From an uncultured Phycisphaerales bacterium (GTDB lineage Bacteria > Planctomycetota > Phycisphaerae > Tepidisphaerales > Tepidisphaeraceae): a DNA stretch of 64,000 bases. Both the position numbers and the translations under genes were made by a program. Shown here piece after piece: positions 12,270 to 22,612 of the stretch. The notes under the pieces were generated by a model that was given only the letters and a program-made list of their open reading frames with translations, was not told the origin of the DNA and ran no database searches. The DNA is taken from contig CAWJPJ010000005.1 in NCBI GenBank assembly GCA_963844715.1, positions 160,001 to 224,000 of the forward strand. Reading direction: 5' to 3'. The number at the start of each line of letters is the position of its first letter. Within the stretch, counting starts at the first letter, position 1.

Positions 12270-12273
12270 CTAG
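11435..12273 (+). CDS. IS5-family transposase in two ORFs joined by a -1 frameshift
   Basis: orfA RRYELTDEQ...IDGTNVRA; orfB ALGRSRGG...DKGY...RNVVER...RYEK. Confidence 0.9.
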
Positions 12274-12690
12274 ATACCCTCCTTGTGAAAAGTCGCACAA
12301 TGTCCCCAGCTTCCAGCACGCGTTCCCTTTCTATGATGGCATTCATGCACGGCGGGACATACAACATTCGCGGGCGCGGCGCGATGGTGAATTATTGTTT
12401 TGTGTCCGCCTATGCCGACGGGGCGGTGCGTGAAGGAGCCGGGAAGTTTGAGTCAGCGCGCGGAACATGCCGCGTTGCACGAACGGAAGGAATGCCGGCC
12501 CTCGCTGGATCGGATGCCGCCATCTCTGCGGTCGGTCGTGGGGCGATGGCGAGCCGGCGAGTCGTCGTGGCGACTGTTGGAACTGATATCCGAGTACCGG
12601 TGCGGAATGGGGGGTGGGGTGTGAGGACGAATGACGCATAGGACCTGGGGACGCTGGACGGAGACTCGAATCGGCGGATGCCAGATCTTT

Positions 12691-13263
12691 TCACGTTGTC
12701 CCGCCAAGCGCGGCGTCGACGAACGCACCCTTGGCCGCAGTGTAGGCTTCGCGATCGTCGGGAGGCTGCTTGGCCAGGGTTTGTTTGAGGAATTCGTAAC
12801 GCTGCGCCAAAGCGTGGTCGCCGCGCAGGGCGTCGCGAAATGCGAGGCTTCGCCGCCAATTTACATCTCCGAAAATCACGAGATGAAGATGGTGGGTTCG
12901 TTGGCCGTCCTTATGGAGCATAAGCCAGCGGCGATCTTTTAGAGTGGCGTTGAATTCCTTTGATGTGTCGTAGCCGGCCTCGCAAAGGGGATCCAATAGT
13001 TCGTCGGCGACGCGCATTGATTCGACGCCGGCCAGAATGTCGATCACCGGCTTGGCGGCCAGGCCGGGCACCGCGGTGCTTCCGAAGTGTTCGATGCCGA
13101 GGAATGATTCCGGCAAAAGTTGAAGAAGTCGGGCGCGTTCGACTGCAAACCGGGCAGGCCATTGCGGATCGTAAGGCTGTATTTCAACGCGCGTGATGGA
13201 TGGCGGCGAGAAGCGAAGGATCGGGTGCTGGGTCCACCGGCTCGATTTTGCCACATACGGCAT
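12691..13263 (-). CDS. GrpB/UPF0157 family nucleotidyltransferase-like protein
   Basis: YDPQWPARF, IEHFGSTAVPGLAAKPVIDI, HHLH, FRDALR and YTAAK motifs. Confidence 0.9.
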   Translation of the reverse strand: MPYVAKSSRWTQHPILRFSPPSITRVEIQPYDPQWPARFAVERARLLQLLPESFLGIEHFGSTAVPGLAAKPVIDILAGVESMRVADELLDPLCEAGYDTSKEFNATLKDRRWLMLHKDGQRTHHLHLVIFGDVNWRRSLAFRDALRGDHALAQRYEFLKQTLAKQPPDDREAYTAAKGAFVDAALGGTT

Positions 13264-13323
13264 GATCTGTCATGCGATCTGCTTTTCTCCGATGCCGCAC
13301 CGAATGGGTGTAAAGGGGGGCTA

Positions 13324-13362
13324 AAGGGGACGTACCTCTTTAAAAAAGAGGTACGTCCCCTT
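13324..13362. repeat. Perfect 18-bp-arm intergenic palindrome (REP-like)
   Basis: AAGGGGACGTACCTCTTT-AAA-AAAGAGGTACGTCCCCTT. Confidence 0.85.
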
Positions 13363-13424
13363 AAATCGGGAAAATTGCGAACACGGCCCACGCATCGAAC
13401 TATCTTCGGCTTGTTGTAATGAAG

Positions 13425-14530
13425 TCAAAGGATACTGTTTGCACCGATGGTCTGCAGCAATCGGTCGGCGACGATTTGGTCCTCGCCGTGCTGGAGCAGA
13501 TTGGCGCGGATGGTGATTTTGCCGCCACGGCCGGAAAGCAGGATCGAAGGATCGGAGCTGAGCAGCGTGGCGGCGATTTGCTCGGTCTTCAGGGATACGA
13601 TTGTCGGATCCAATTCGATCTGCAGCGTGGGGCCGTGGGTCATGGAGATATACGCGCCGGGAGGTCTTTGAGCCGGTCGGCGATTGACGCCAGGAGTTTT
13701 CGTTCGCGGGAAACGGCGATGTGTTCGTCGGTTTCCGCGAAGAGTTTCAGGGCGGTAAAGATGCCGGCGAATTCTTCCTTGCCGACTTTCATTCCGCGGC
13801 CGATCCGCAGGTTGGGAGAGGCGTGGAATTTGCAGGCTTCGACAATCCACGATTTGCCGAGCACCAGGCCGGTCGATTGCGGGCCATGGATTGCTTTTCC
13901 GCCGCTGGCGACGAAGGCATCCGCGCCCAGGTCGCGGGTAAAATGCCAGAGGTTTTTCCTTGGAGGCAGCGCGCATGCGCCGTCAATGATGACCGGGATC
14001 CCGCGCTGGTGGGCGCCGGCGATCACGGCCGCGGCGTCGGACTGGCCTTCCGATTCGAATTCAACCAGGACGATGGCGGCGGTCTGGTCGGTGACGGCGG
14101 CGAATATTTCGTCGGGCCGGCCGGGGCGATCGGCGGGGCCGACGAAAACGATTCGTCCGCCGGCGGCGCGGACAACGGGATCGGCCTCCGTGCCGCGTGC
14201 GCAACGGCGCATAATAAACTCATTGCGCAGACCGCTGGAGTCCGGGAGTCTTTCGGCCTTCTCCGCATCAACGCCCGAGATGGCGGCGGCGGCGCACAGC
14301 AGCAAGCCCGAGGCGGCGCCGCAGGAGACGAAGGCGGCTTCGTTGTGAGTCAGCGCGGCGATGGCGCGTCCGACCTGGTCCTGAAGATCGAAGAGATTGA
14401 CGAATTGCCGGGATGCTTCGGCCATCGCCGCCAGCACGGCGTCCGGCATGATCGTCCCGCCATAACGGGTGTACATCGCACGGCCGGCGTTGATGAAAGG
14501 GCGGACGCCGACGTCGTCGTAGAAGCTCAT
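13425..14530 (-). CDS. SelA-like/DgaE-like PLP-dependent enzyme (apparent frameshift near 13660)
   Basis: GVRPFINAG, VSCGAASGL, IIDGA, SGGKAIHGPQSTG (PLP lysine) and GRGMKVGKEE. Confidence 0.8.
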
Positions 14531-14586
14531 GAGGGGGGATGTTATCCGATCGAAGAAGGGACCGTGGTGCGGGCTTTTCGCTATTC

Positions 14587-14698
14587 AATCCTGATCGTAA
14601 TCGTAATCGTGCGCATCGAAACGCCCGGACGTGAAATGCGAAAGCAAAAACACGATCGGGATTAAGATTAAGATTATGATTAAGAAGAGGAGTAGGAG
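14587..14698. repeat. Hexamer-repeat hairpin: (AATCGT)n facing (GATTAA/GATTAT)n, followed by GAG-rich hexamers
   Basis: Read directly; same architecture as 16790-17833. Confidence 0.7.
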
Positions 14699-14852
14699 AA
14701 GGTTCGAGAGCCGCGCGAGGCTTTCGAATGCGCAATTTTTGCGGTTGTAAAAATCCCATCTACATCGAAAATAAACACAATCCCGCGTACTTCTTAATGT
14801 AAAAGCATCAAGATGTGGGGGTTGTTTCGTCGGTCTTATAGGTTTTGCACGG

Positions 14853-16084
14853 ATGCATAGATCTTCGACCGAACTTATCGCGGCGGCGGTCAATGCCAGG
14901 CCCATCACGACCGGGCGAGGCATTCTCGACCGGCTTTTCAACCTTTCGTTCGGGGGATTCGTTTACAACCAGATCTGGGAAGATCCAGATGTCGATGCGG
15001 AGGCGCTGCGGCTGGACGCCAATTCTCGCCTGGTGACGATCTCCTCGGGCGGCTGCAATGTGCTGAACTATCTTGTCCACGACGTGGCCTCGATTGACGC
15101 GGTCGATCTGAATTCGAACCATTTACACCTGCTCAAACTCAAGCTCTGTGGCCTGAACAGCTTCTCCTGCCACGAAGACTTTTTCGCGTTCTTCGGAAAC
15201 GCCAGGGAGTCTGAGAACATTCGGCGTATGAAGTGTTTCTTCGCCCCAATCTGGATCACGCGGCCCGCCGGCATTGGGAAGGCGGCAAAGCGCGCAAGGG
15301 GCTGAAAAGAGAGCGCTACCGCTACTTCGAACAGGGGCTTTGGAAACATTCGTCGCTGGGCCGATTCCTTGGCTTCATGCGCGGGCTCGCTCGCGGCAAG
15401 GGGATGCGGCCGGCGCGTCTGCTGGAATGCACCACGGCGGCGCAGCAGGAAATTGTTTTCGCTGAGGAGATTGCGCCGTTCTTCAAAATGCGCACGGTGA
15501 GGGAGCTGGTGAAGCTGCCGTTTTTTCTTCATGGGCTGGGCGTTCCGCCGCGACAGTACGAGACTTTCAAGAACGAAGCGGCCGCCGGCGGGGTTCTCGA
15601 AGAATATTTCCGGCGCATCTGGCGGCTGGCGTGTCAGTTCCCGATCCAGGACAATTACTTCGCATGGCAAGCCTTTGGGGGGCGTTACGATACGACCAAT
15701 CGGCGGGCGATTCCGAGCTATCTCAAGGCGGAGAACTTCCCCGCACTCAAGGCCAGAGCGGGGCGCGTGAAGACGCATCTGACGTCGATGACCGGATTCC
15801 TGGCGACGCTGCCGTCGGGGTCGATGAACCGTTTCATCCTGCTCGACTCGCAGGATTGGATGACCCCCGAGCAGATCGGCGCCCTTTGGTCGCAGATCTG
15901 GCGCGTTGGGCAGCCTGGGACGCGGATCATTTTGCGCTCGGGGACGTCGGTGTCGCCGGTCCACGGGGCTTTGGCGCCGGAGTTGAAGGATAAATTTGCC
16001 TATCAGGAAAAGCTCTCTGGCGATCTTTTCCAGCGCGACCGCTCGGCCATTTATGGCGGATTCCACCTGTATGTCATGAATTAG
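14853..16084 (+). CDS. btaA: SAM:diacylglycerol 3-amino-3-carboxypropyl transferase (DUF3419), betaine lipid synthesis (apparent frameshift ~15240)
   Basis: FVYNQIWEDPDVD, ISSGGCNVLNYL, AVDLN, DNYFAWQAF, LLDSQDWM and DRSAIYGGFHLY; adjacent to btaB. Confidence 0.88.
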
Positions 16085-16100
16085 TCGCAGGGGCCCTGAG

Positions 16101-16907
16101 ATGACGCGATCTGTCACATCCGCGCAAATGCCGCCGCCGCAGGCGCAGTTGATGGACCGAATGTATCGCGTGCAACGCTACTTCTATGATATCACGCGTA
16201 AATACTATCTATTGGGGAGGGATCGGCTGATCGCGCGGATGGGGGTTTCGCCGTCGGACAAGGTTCTGGAAATCGGGTGCGGGACGGCGCGGAATCTGGT
16301 TGCGCTGGCGCGAAAACACCCGGGGGCGCAATTCTTCGGCGTGGACGCGGCCAATGTGATGATCGAGACGGCTTGCAAAAAAGTGGCGGGCAACGGACTG
16401 GACGGAAGAATCCATCTCCGCCAGGGGTTGGCGGAGGGACTTGACGCCGGCGGGTGGTTTGGTGTGCCCGCTTTCGATCGGATATTCTTTTCTTACTCGC
16501 TCTCGATGATCCCGACGTGGCAGGCGGCGCTGGAGGCGGCGCTCGGGAATCTCAAACCCGAGGGGGAACTGTGGATCGTCGATTTTTGGGATTTGGGAGG
16601 GTATCCCAGAGTGGCGGGGAAAGTCCTCGCGGCGTGGCTGGAGCTTTTCCACGTTCGGCATCGGCCGGAGCTTTTGGTTCATCTTAATGAGCTGCAATCG
16701 TCGGGGAGGGGGGAGCTGAGTTTGGAGCCGATCGGGCGACGGTATGCATACCTACGCGCGGTTCGTCAAAAGCGCGCAATTCGCTTCTCAATCTTAATCG
16801 TAATCATAATCATAATCTTAATCTTAATCCTTCACTCCGACTGCGCGGAGCTGAAAGACGAAGGCAAAAATATGATTACGATTAAGATTATGATTAAGAG
16901 CCTCTAA
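16101..16907 (+). CDS. btaB: SAM-dependent N-methyltransferase of betaine lipid (DGTS) synthesis; true stop probably near 16797
   Basis: MDRMYRVQRYFYDITRKYYLLGRD, VLEIGCGTARN and FSYSLSMIP. The Ile/Leu-rich tail is the translated hexamer repeat. Confidence 0.85.
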   Translation: MTRSVTSAQMPPPQAQLMDRMYRVQRYFYDITRKYYLLGRDRLIARMGVSPSDKVLEIGCGTARNLVALARKHPGAQFFGVDAANVMIETACKKVAGNGLDGRIHLRQGLAEGLDAGGWFGVPAFDRIFFSYSLSMIPTWQAALEAALGNLKPEGELWIVDFWDLGGYPRVAGKVLAAWLELFHVRHRPELLVHLNELQSSGRGELSLEPIGRRYAYLRAVRQKRAIRFSILIVIIIIILILILHSDCAELKDEGKNMITIKIMIKSL

Positions 16908-17791
16908 CAAAAATGCACTTCCCCATGTTTATGGTTGATCGGACAATACGGCTTGGTCTTAGCCATGGAGGGCTTTATGACCAAGCCGTTGGTGACCGAC
17001 GAGCTTTGGGAGTTGATCCGACCCCTGCTTCCCAAGCACCGCAGTGGTCCAGGAAAGCGCGGCCGGCCGCCGCTGGACGATCGCGCGGCGTTGTCGGGTA
17101 TTCTGTTCGTGCTCAAAACCGGCATTCCGTGGGAATACCTTCCCCAGGAGATGGGATGCGGCAGCGGCATGAGTTGCTGGCGTCGACTGCGCGATTGGAA
17201 CCATCGTGGGGTTTGGACGAAGCTGCACGGACTATTGCTGAATCGATTGCGGCGGTCGAATGCCATCGACTGGTCGCGGGCCTTGGTGGATTCTGCTTCC
17301 GTGCGGGCCGTGCACGGGGGAAAAAAACGGGTCCGAGCCCGGTAGATCGCAGGAAAAACGGTTCCAAGCACCATGTATTGACCGATGGCAACGGCACGCC
17401 GATGGTTGCCCTCCTGACGGCGGCCAACCGCCACGACATCACGCAACTGCTGCCGCTGATCGATGCGATTCCAAAGGTCTCGGGCAAACCGGGCCGGCCG
17501 CGCTGGCGGTTCGAGGTGGTGCAGGGAGACCGGGCGTATCACTCCGAACCGCACCGAAAGGCGTTGCGTCAGCGTGGCAGCCGCCCGTTGCTGGCCCGAC
17601 GCAACCGCCCGCACGGAAGTGGTCTTGGCAAAACCCGCTGGCCGGTGGAGCGTACGCTGAGTTGGTTGCATCAGAATCGCCGACTGCGAGTCCGTTACGA
17701 AAAACGGCCCGACATCCACGCCGCGTTCATGACCGTGGGTGAGGCAATGATCTGTTGGAACAGGCTTCATTCGCATTTTTGTTAGAGGCTC
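16898..17791 (+). mobile_element. IS5-family element, 894 bp
   Basis: 19-bp IR GAGCCTCTAACAAAAATGC; TAA duplication at 16895-16897 and 17792-17794. Confidence 0.93.
16977..17785 (+). CDS. IS5-family transposase, frameshift at G5A7 (17316-17327)
   Basis: VTDELWELIRPLLP...CWRRLRDW...VDSASVRA; GPSPVDRRKNGSKHH...GDRAY...RWPVER. Confidence 0.9.
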
Positions 17792-17845
17792 TAAGATTAT
17801 GAAGAGGAGTAAGAGCAGGAGTAAGAGTAAGAGAAGGATCGCGGC

Positions 17846-18436
17846 ATGAATAAGACGAATCCCAAGGTCGATGGGTTTTTACGAAAAGAAAAAAAGTGGC
17901 CGAAGGAAATGAGGGAACTGAGACGGATCGTCCTTGACTGCGGACTGGTCGAAGATGTGAAGTGGCGGCAGCCTTGTTACACCTTCGACGGGAAAAACAT
18001 CATCATCATTCATGGCTTCAAGGAATACTACGCGTTTTTGTTCTTCAAAGGCGCGCTGCTAAAGGATGCTCATCATATTCTGGTCAGGATCGGCCAGAAT
18101 ACGCAGGCCGGGCGGCAAATTCGGTTTACGAATGTTGAACAAATAATCGAGATGGAGCCGATCTTGAAGGCTTATATCGGCCAAGCCATCGAAGCGGAAA
18201 AAGCGGGGCTGAAAGTGCCGCTCAAGCGGACTTCAGATTACGCAATTCCCGAAGAGTTCCGAAGTAAGCTGAATAAAACCCCGGGCCTGAAGACTGCGTT
18301 CAAGGCCCTGACGCCCGGGCGGCAAAGGGCCTACATCCTGTATTTTTCCTCGGCCAAACAATCCAAAACCCGGGTAGCAAGGATCGAAAAATGCCTGCCG
18401 CGAATTCTCAGGGGGAAGGGATTGGATGATGAGTGA
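17846..18436 (+). CDS. YdeI/OmpD-associated family protein (DUF1801 + OmdA)
   Basis: NPKVD...LRRIVLDCGL...KWRQPCY...FFKGALL...LTPGRQRAY...AKQSKTR. Confidence 0.9.
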   Translation: MNKTNPKVDGFLRKEKKWPKEMRELRRIVLDCGLVEDVKWRQPCYTFDGKNIIIIHGFKEYYAFLFFKGALLKDAHHILVRIGQNTQAGRQIRFTNVEQIIEMEPILKAYIGQAIEAEKAGLKVPLKRTSDYAIPEEFRSKLNKTPGLKTAFKALTPGRQRAYILYFSSAKQSKTRVARIEKCLPRILRGKGLDDE

Positions 18437-18456
18437 AGCCGCCGGGGAGGCGATTT

Positions 18457-18472
18457 GATGGATGTCACCTTT
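18457..18472 (+). repeat. Junction motif copy 1
   Basis: GATGGATGTCACCTTT, followed by a reiterated CCTTTGATTTGTC. Confidence 0.85.
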
Positions 18473-18536
18473 GATTTGTCTCGCCTTTGATTTGTCAGCT
18501 CTGAAAACTTGTCGCGCTTCACGGACTTGATTCCGG

Positions 18537-19278
18537 TCAGGCGTTCGTTCCGCCATCTACTGTGAGGTTCGCGCCGGTGATATATCCTGCCTCGGGCCCG
18601 GCGACGAACGCGACCAGGGCGGCAACCTCGTCGACGTGCCCATAGCGGCCGAGCGAGGCATTGGCCTTCTGCCCGACGGACCAGTCGCCGGAAGCGGGGT
18701 TCAAATCGGTGTCGATGGGGCCCGGCTGGACCGTGTTGACGGTCACGCCACGCGCCCCCAGTTCGCGCCAAACCCTGGGCAAACATCTTGACCGCCCCTT
18801 TGGTTGCCGAATAGGGCGCCATGTCCGACATCATGACTCGCTCGCCGAGGCACGAGCCGATCATAATGATCCGGCCGCCCGGCTTGAGAAACTTGAGCGC
18901 GGTTTTTGTCGCGACAAAGGTCCCGCGGACGTTGATGGCAAAGAGGCGGTCGAAATCGGCGAGCGTGGTTTCCTCGACCTTGGCGGGAATCGCGGTGCCG
19001 GCGTTGTTCACGAGAACGTCGAGGCGCCCGAATGTGGCGGCTGTTTTCTCCACCGCGCTCTTGACCGCTTCCGCATCGGCAGCGTGGGCCTTAATCGCCA
19101 GCGCCTTTCTGCCGGCGAGTTCGATCGACTTAACAACCGCCATGGCGGCATCCGCGCTGTTCGTATAGGTGATGCACACGCCCGCGCCATCGGCGGCAAG
19201 CCGTTTTGCGATCGCGGCGCCGATGCCACGCGAGCCACCTGTGACCAGTGCGACTTTGTCCTTCAATGGCTGAGCCAT
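18537..19278 (-). CDS. Short-chain dehydrogenase/reductase (apparent frameshift ~18765)
   Basis: TGGSRGIG, NNAG, YSATK, VQPGPIDTD and LTVDGG. Confidence 0.9.
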
Positions 19279-19688
19279 GATCCCGCGCCTTTCTTTGAAT
19301 ATGCTTTGGTCCGGGGGGTGCTAGGACGCCGGCCGCGGCTTATCAATAAAATTATTCTCAGCGCGCCAACGAGCGCGCACCTTCGAATGAGCCTGACCGT
19401 GAGATAACTCAACGATATCAGGCAGATCGTCAGCATCAATATTTGAATCCATCGTGCGGCCGTGACGGAAATGCCCACGCCGGTGAATAGTGCGACGTAA
19501 GCCGCGACGCACAGCGGGCACTTGGGCATCAACACAAGCAGCGTGGTCGGGAACAGCCACTGGATTCCTCGCCAGGCGCGACGAAAAAGACCCGGCGGGC
19601 ATTTGCCATCGCATGGATTTGGGCGATCCGGTTTTGCCGCCAGCGACTCTGATGCGGATTCGTGATCGCAAAATGGGCAGTTGCTCAT
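19263..19688 (-). CDS. Small Cys-rich membrane protein with PKCPLC motif
   Basis: CPFC, CDGKC and LMPKCPLCVAAY with two hydrophobic segments; start overlaps the DUF899 stop. Confidence 0.65.
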   Translation of the reverse strand: MSNCPFCDHESASESLAAKPDRPNPCDGKCPPGLFRRAWRGIQWLFPTTLLVLMPKCPLCVAAYVALFTGVGISVTAARWIQILMLTICLISLSYLTVRLIRRCALVGALRIILLISRGRRPSTPRTKAYSKKGAGSWLSH

Positions 19689-20404
19689 GGGTGCTCCGCT
19701 CCTTCCTTGCCATATTCATCATGGCGGTGCCACCAGGTGCTCGCCTTGCTTCGCCGCCCACCGGCGGGGGAGTCTTGCCAATCCTCCTGACGGCCCAAAG
19801 GCGTGAGGTCGAGCAAGGTCCACATGTTCAACCCTTCGACGCCGCGGCCATTGGTATGGTAGGTGCGATAAACATCTTTATCGTCGTGAATGAACACGCT
19901 CAGGCCATATTTCTCGTACTCCTCGGTCGTGAGGCCGAGATCTTTGTTGAAGTCGGAGCCTTCGGAGGAGTACCAGGGATACACCCACCCCATCCGCTTT
20001 TTATATTTTTCGATATTCTTCAGAGGCGCCAGCGAGACCAGGCAGAAGGACGTATCGCGGGCGTGGAAATGCTCGATGTGGCCGAACTGATCCGTCACCA
20101 TCGAGCACCCGACGCACCCCGCGTCCGGCCAGCCTCTCACCGACGGCGCGAACATAAAATGATAGAGAAGGAGTTGCCGCCGGCCTTCGAACAGATCGAG
20201 AAGCGTCAGTTTGCCCTTCGGCCCGTCGAAGAGATATTTCTTTTCGATCCGCACCATCGGCAAGCGCCGCCGCTCCGCGGCCAGCGCGTCAAGCGCATGC
20301 GTGGCCTCCTTTTCCTTGACCAGAAGGGCGTCGCGCGCCTTTTGCCATTCGGCTTCACCGACGATTTTCGGGAATTTGATCGCGTTGTCGCCATGTGATT
20401 TCAT
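19685..20404 (-). CDS. DUF899 family thioredoxin-like protein
   Basis: RRRLPMV, LFEGRRQLLLYHFMF, GCVGCS, LDLTPLGRQE and WHRHDEY. Confidence 0.9.
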   Translation of the reverse strand: MKSHGDNAIKFPKIVGEAEWQKARDALLVKEKEATHALDALAAERRRLPMVRIEKKYLFDGPKGKLTLLDLFEGRRQLLLYHFMFAPSVRGWPDAGCVGCSMVTDQFGHIEHFHARDTSFCLVSLAPLKNIEKYKKRMGWVYPWYSSEGSDFNKDLGLTTEEYEKYGLSVFIHDDKDVYRTYHTNGRGVEGLNMWTLLDLTPLGRQEDWQDSPAGGRRSKASTWWHRHDEYGKEGAEHP

Positions 20405-20454
20405 AAATCCGATCCCTTTCATTTGCCTCTTGTCATGCCACGTTGCCGCAGCCA

Positions 20455-21216
20455 TCACCCGTCGTACTCGTTGTGGGGCGCCCCTAGCTACCCTTGCTGC
20501 GTCCCTTGGGCGCACGGTCGAGCCAGGGGTACTTGCCCCAGATCGCTTCCACTCCGCGCATAGGTGGAATACGTGTGGTAGACAACGCCGTCCTCGAGCG
20601 CGAACGCGCTCATGCCTTCCCGCTCGCGTGCATAGGTTCCCACATCGGTCCCCGTCGTGGCCGCGTTATTGGCAGGCGCAGAGGCCGCCGCTTCGGCCCG
20701 GGCGATATTCATCACGGGGTCGTCGCGGCGGAAGTTGTAATCAGCGCCGTCGCGCATTTGCTCGGCAGTGAACGAGACGTGGAAATCAAAATTAAAGTCG
20801 CTCCCGAACGAAGACGCCCAGGGGAAAGTCCAGCCCTTCTGCCGCTTATATGCCTGCAACTTCGCCAGCGGCGCTCGCGACACCGCCCAAAGCACCACGT
20901 CGTGATTCGCCAGGTGGCCGGTAATCCCGTTGAAGCCATCCGCGATGGATGAACACGACGGACACCCCGCCTTGTAGTCGGGCCCGAACATGAAGTGGTA
21001 AACCAGCAATTGCGAACGCCCTCTGAAGAGATCGGGGAGCGATGCTTTCCCTTCATCGGTCTCGAAGATGTATTCCTTCTCGACCCGAACCCACGGCAGC
21101 TCCTGCCGGCGACGCGCCACCTCGTCGCCGTGCCGTGTCAGATCCTTCTCCGCCTTGAGAAGATCGAGCCGGGCTGCAAGCCACTCTTCATGTGTTCCAG
21201 TCTTGTGTCGAGTCAT
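20455..21216 (-). CDS. DUF899 family protein with degenerate C-terminus (possible pseudogene)
   Basis: RRRQELPWV, LFRGRSQLLVYHFMFGP and GCPSCS; frameshift after STYAR and a TAG before the HNEYDG* end. Confidence 0.8.
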
Positions 21217-21315
21217 GGTTTTCCCTCATTTCAGTTTTCCGCCATTGGGTTACCGTTGACCGCGTTATAAGTTGGTTTAGTTTTGCGCCTTTCACTCATT
21301 TGACGCATCCGTTGA

Positions 21316-22040
21316 TTACGCCCTAGCCGGCTCGGGTTGGAGGTATGCCGCGAACTGGCGCTCCAGCGCCTTGACCGCGCCGTTGCGCCAACCCTCCGCC
21401 ACGGACTCTGACATGGGATCGGGGAAGATTTCCTCCTCGCCTTTCTCCACTCCATCGAGGATGGCCCGCGCAACCGACTCCGGAGAAGCCTTGGGTATGT
21501 CCAGGCCTCTTGTCATGTCCGTGTCCACGGGGCCGGGAAGGACCCTATGGACGCTGACGCCCCGTCCGGCCAACAAAGTGCGCAGCGACTGCGACAGCGA
21601 AAACGCGGCCGCTTTTGAGACGGAATAAGCCGGGCTGAACGGCACGGCGGCAAGGGACGACAACGACAGCACGTTGACAATGGCTCCCCGCGACCGAGTC
21701 AGCAACGGCAGGAAAGCCCGCGTCACATCGTAAGGGCCGAAAAGATTCACGGCGAGTTGCTGTTCGAGCACACGCCGATCGCTAAGGTCATCGAATGGCG
21801 ATACCCCGGCGTTGTTGATGAGCATATCGAGAGATTCGACCTTATCGGCGGCTTCCCGAATCTGCTCCGCCTCGGTCACGTCCAGGGTCAGAGCGATGAC
21901 CCGCCGATCCGAGTGAGCCGAGGCTTGGCGCATACCGGCATACACCCGATTCGCCCCTCTCCTCAACGCTTCCTCGACCAGCGCCGCCCAATCCCACGAT
22001 TAGCTCCAGTGATCAGGATTGTCTTGTTCGCGATTTGCAT
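21316..22040 (-). CDS. Short-chain dehydrogenase/reductase (apparent frameshift ~21985)
   Basis: MQIANKTILITGANRG start at 22040; INNAG, YSVSK and PGPVDTDM. Confidence 0.85.
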
Positions 22041-22186
22041 AAACGGTCCTTTCCAAAAATCGGGCGAGCCGCGTTCAGCGGAAGTTATTTTCAAACGTAA
22101 TTCGCTCGACGGAGACACAAGGATACGTCCATCCCTTTCGTTTCTTATAGCTCGCAGCGCTTATTACAGGAGCCAGGGATCCAGTT

Positions 22187-22612
22187 CTATCCGCGCTTTT
22201 TCTCCGCGGCGCTGCGAATCATCTCCAGCATCTCTCCCCAGCCTTTGCTGACATCTTGCTGGAGTTGGGGCGGGATGAGACCCATGGCCTGGTGCGTGAA
22301 TTTCAGCAACGTGCCGCCGTCCTGTTCGGTGAGGCGGTACTGGATGAACGAGATCGCCGGATAGGACATCATCGTCGGCCCGACGAGTTCCAAAAGTTTC
22401 GGCGGCTTGATGACCTGGACATGTCCCCACAGGTGCCCGGTGTTATTGCCCAGGTCTCGGAACCAGCGCCCGCCGGGCCACGGCTCGAGCTTCATCTTCA
22501 TTTCCTTCATCGGGCCGTGGGGTTCGAGGACGGTTTCGAAGACCACATCCGCCGGCGCGGCGATCTGCACTTCTTTGACGACGTTGAGGACTCTGATTTC
22601 TTCACTGGCCAT
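22187..22612 (-). CDS. SRPBCC/AHSA1 domain protein
   Basis: IAAPADVVF, LEPWPGGRW and TLLKFTH...GW; follows ArsR. Confidence 0.85.
   Translation of the reverse strand: MASEEIRVLNVVKEVQIAAPADVVFETVLEPHGPMKEMKMKLEPWPGGRWFRDLGNNTGHLWGHVQVIKPPKLLELVGPTMMSYPAISFIQYRLTEQDGGTLLKFTHQAMGLIPPQLQQDVSKGWGEMLEMIRSAAEKKRG

Larger units (their letters stand above)
16790..17833. repeat. Hexamer-repeat hairpin split by an IS
   Basis: (AATCTT/AATCGT/AATCAT)n ... (GATTAC/GATTAA/GATTAT)n [IS] GATTAT, then GAGTAA/GAGCAG hexamers. Confidence 0.75.

Noticed and set aside
12274..12690. Short ORFs or an RNA between the IS and GrpB
   Set aside because: No motif, RBS or structure that I can support.
13425..14530. True selA / selenocysteine machinery
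   Set aside because: Short SelA-like form with no selB, selC or selD nearby.
14760..14852. Pho box upstream of btaA
   Set aside because: Only one half-site-like word (TTCTTAAT) and no 11-bp direct repeat.
16760..16907. C-terminal transmembrane helix on BtaB
   Set aside because: The Ile/Leu run is the translated hexamer repeat, and the stop lies within the IS end.
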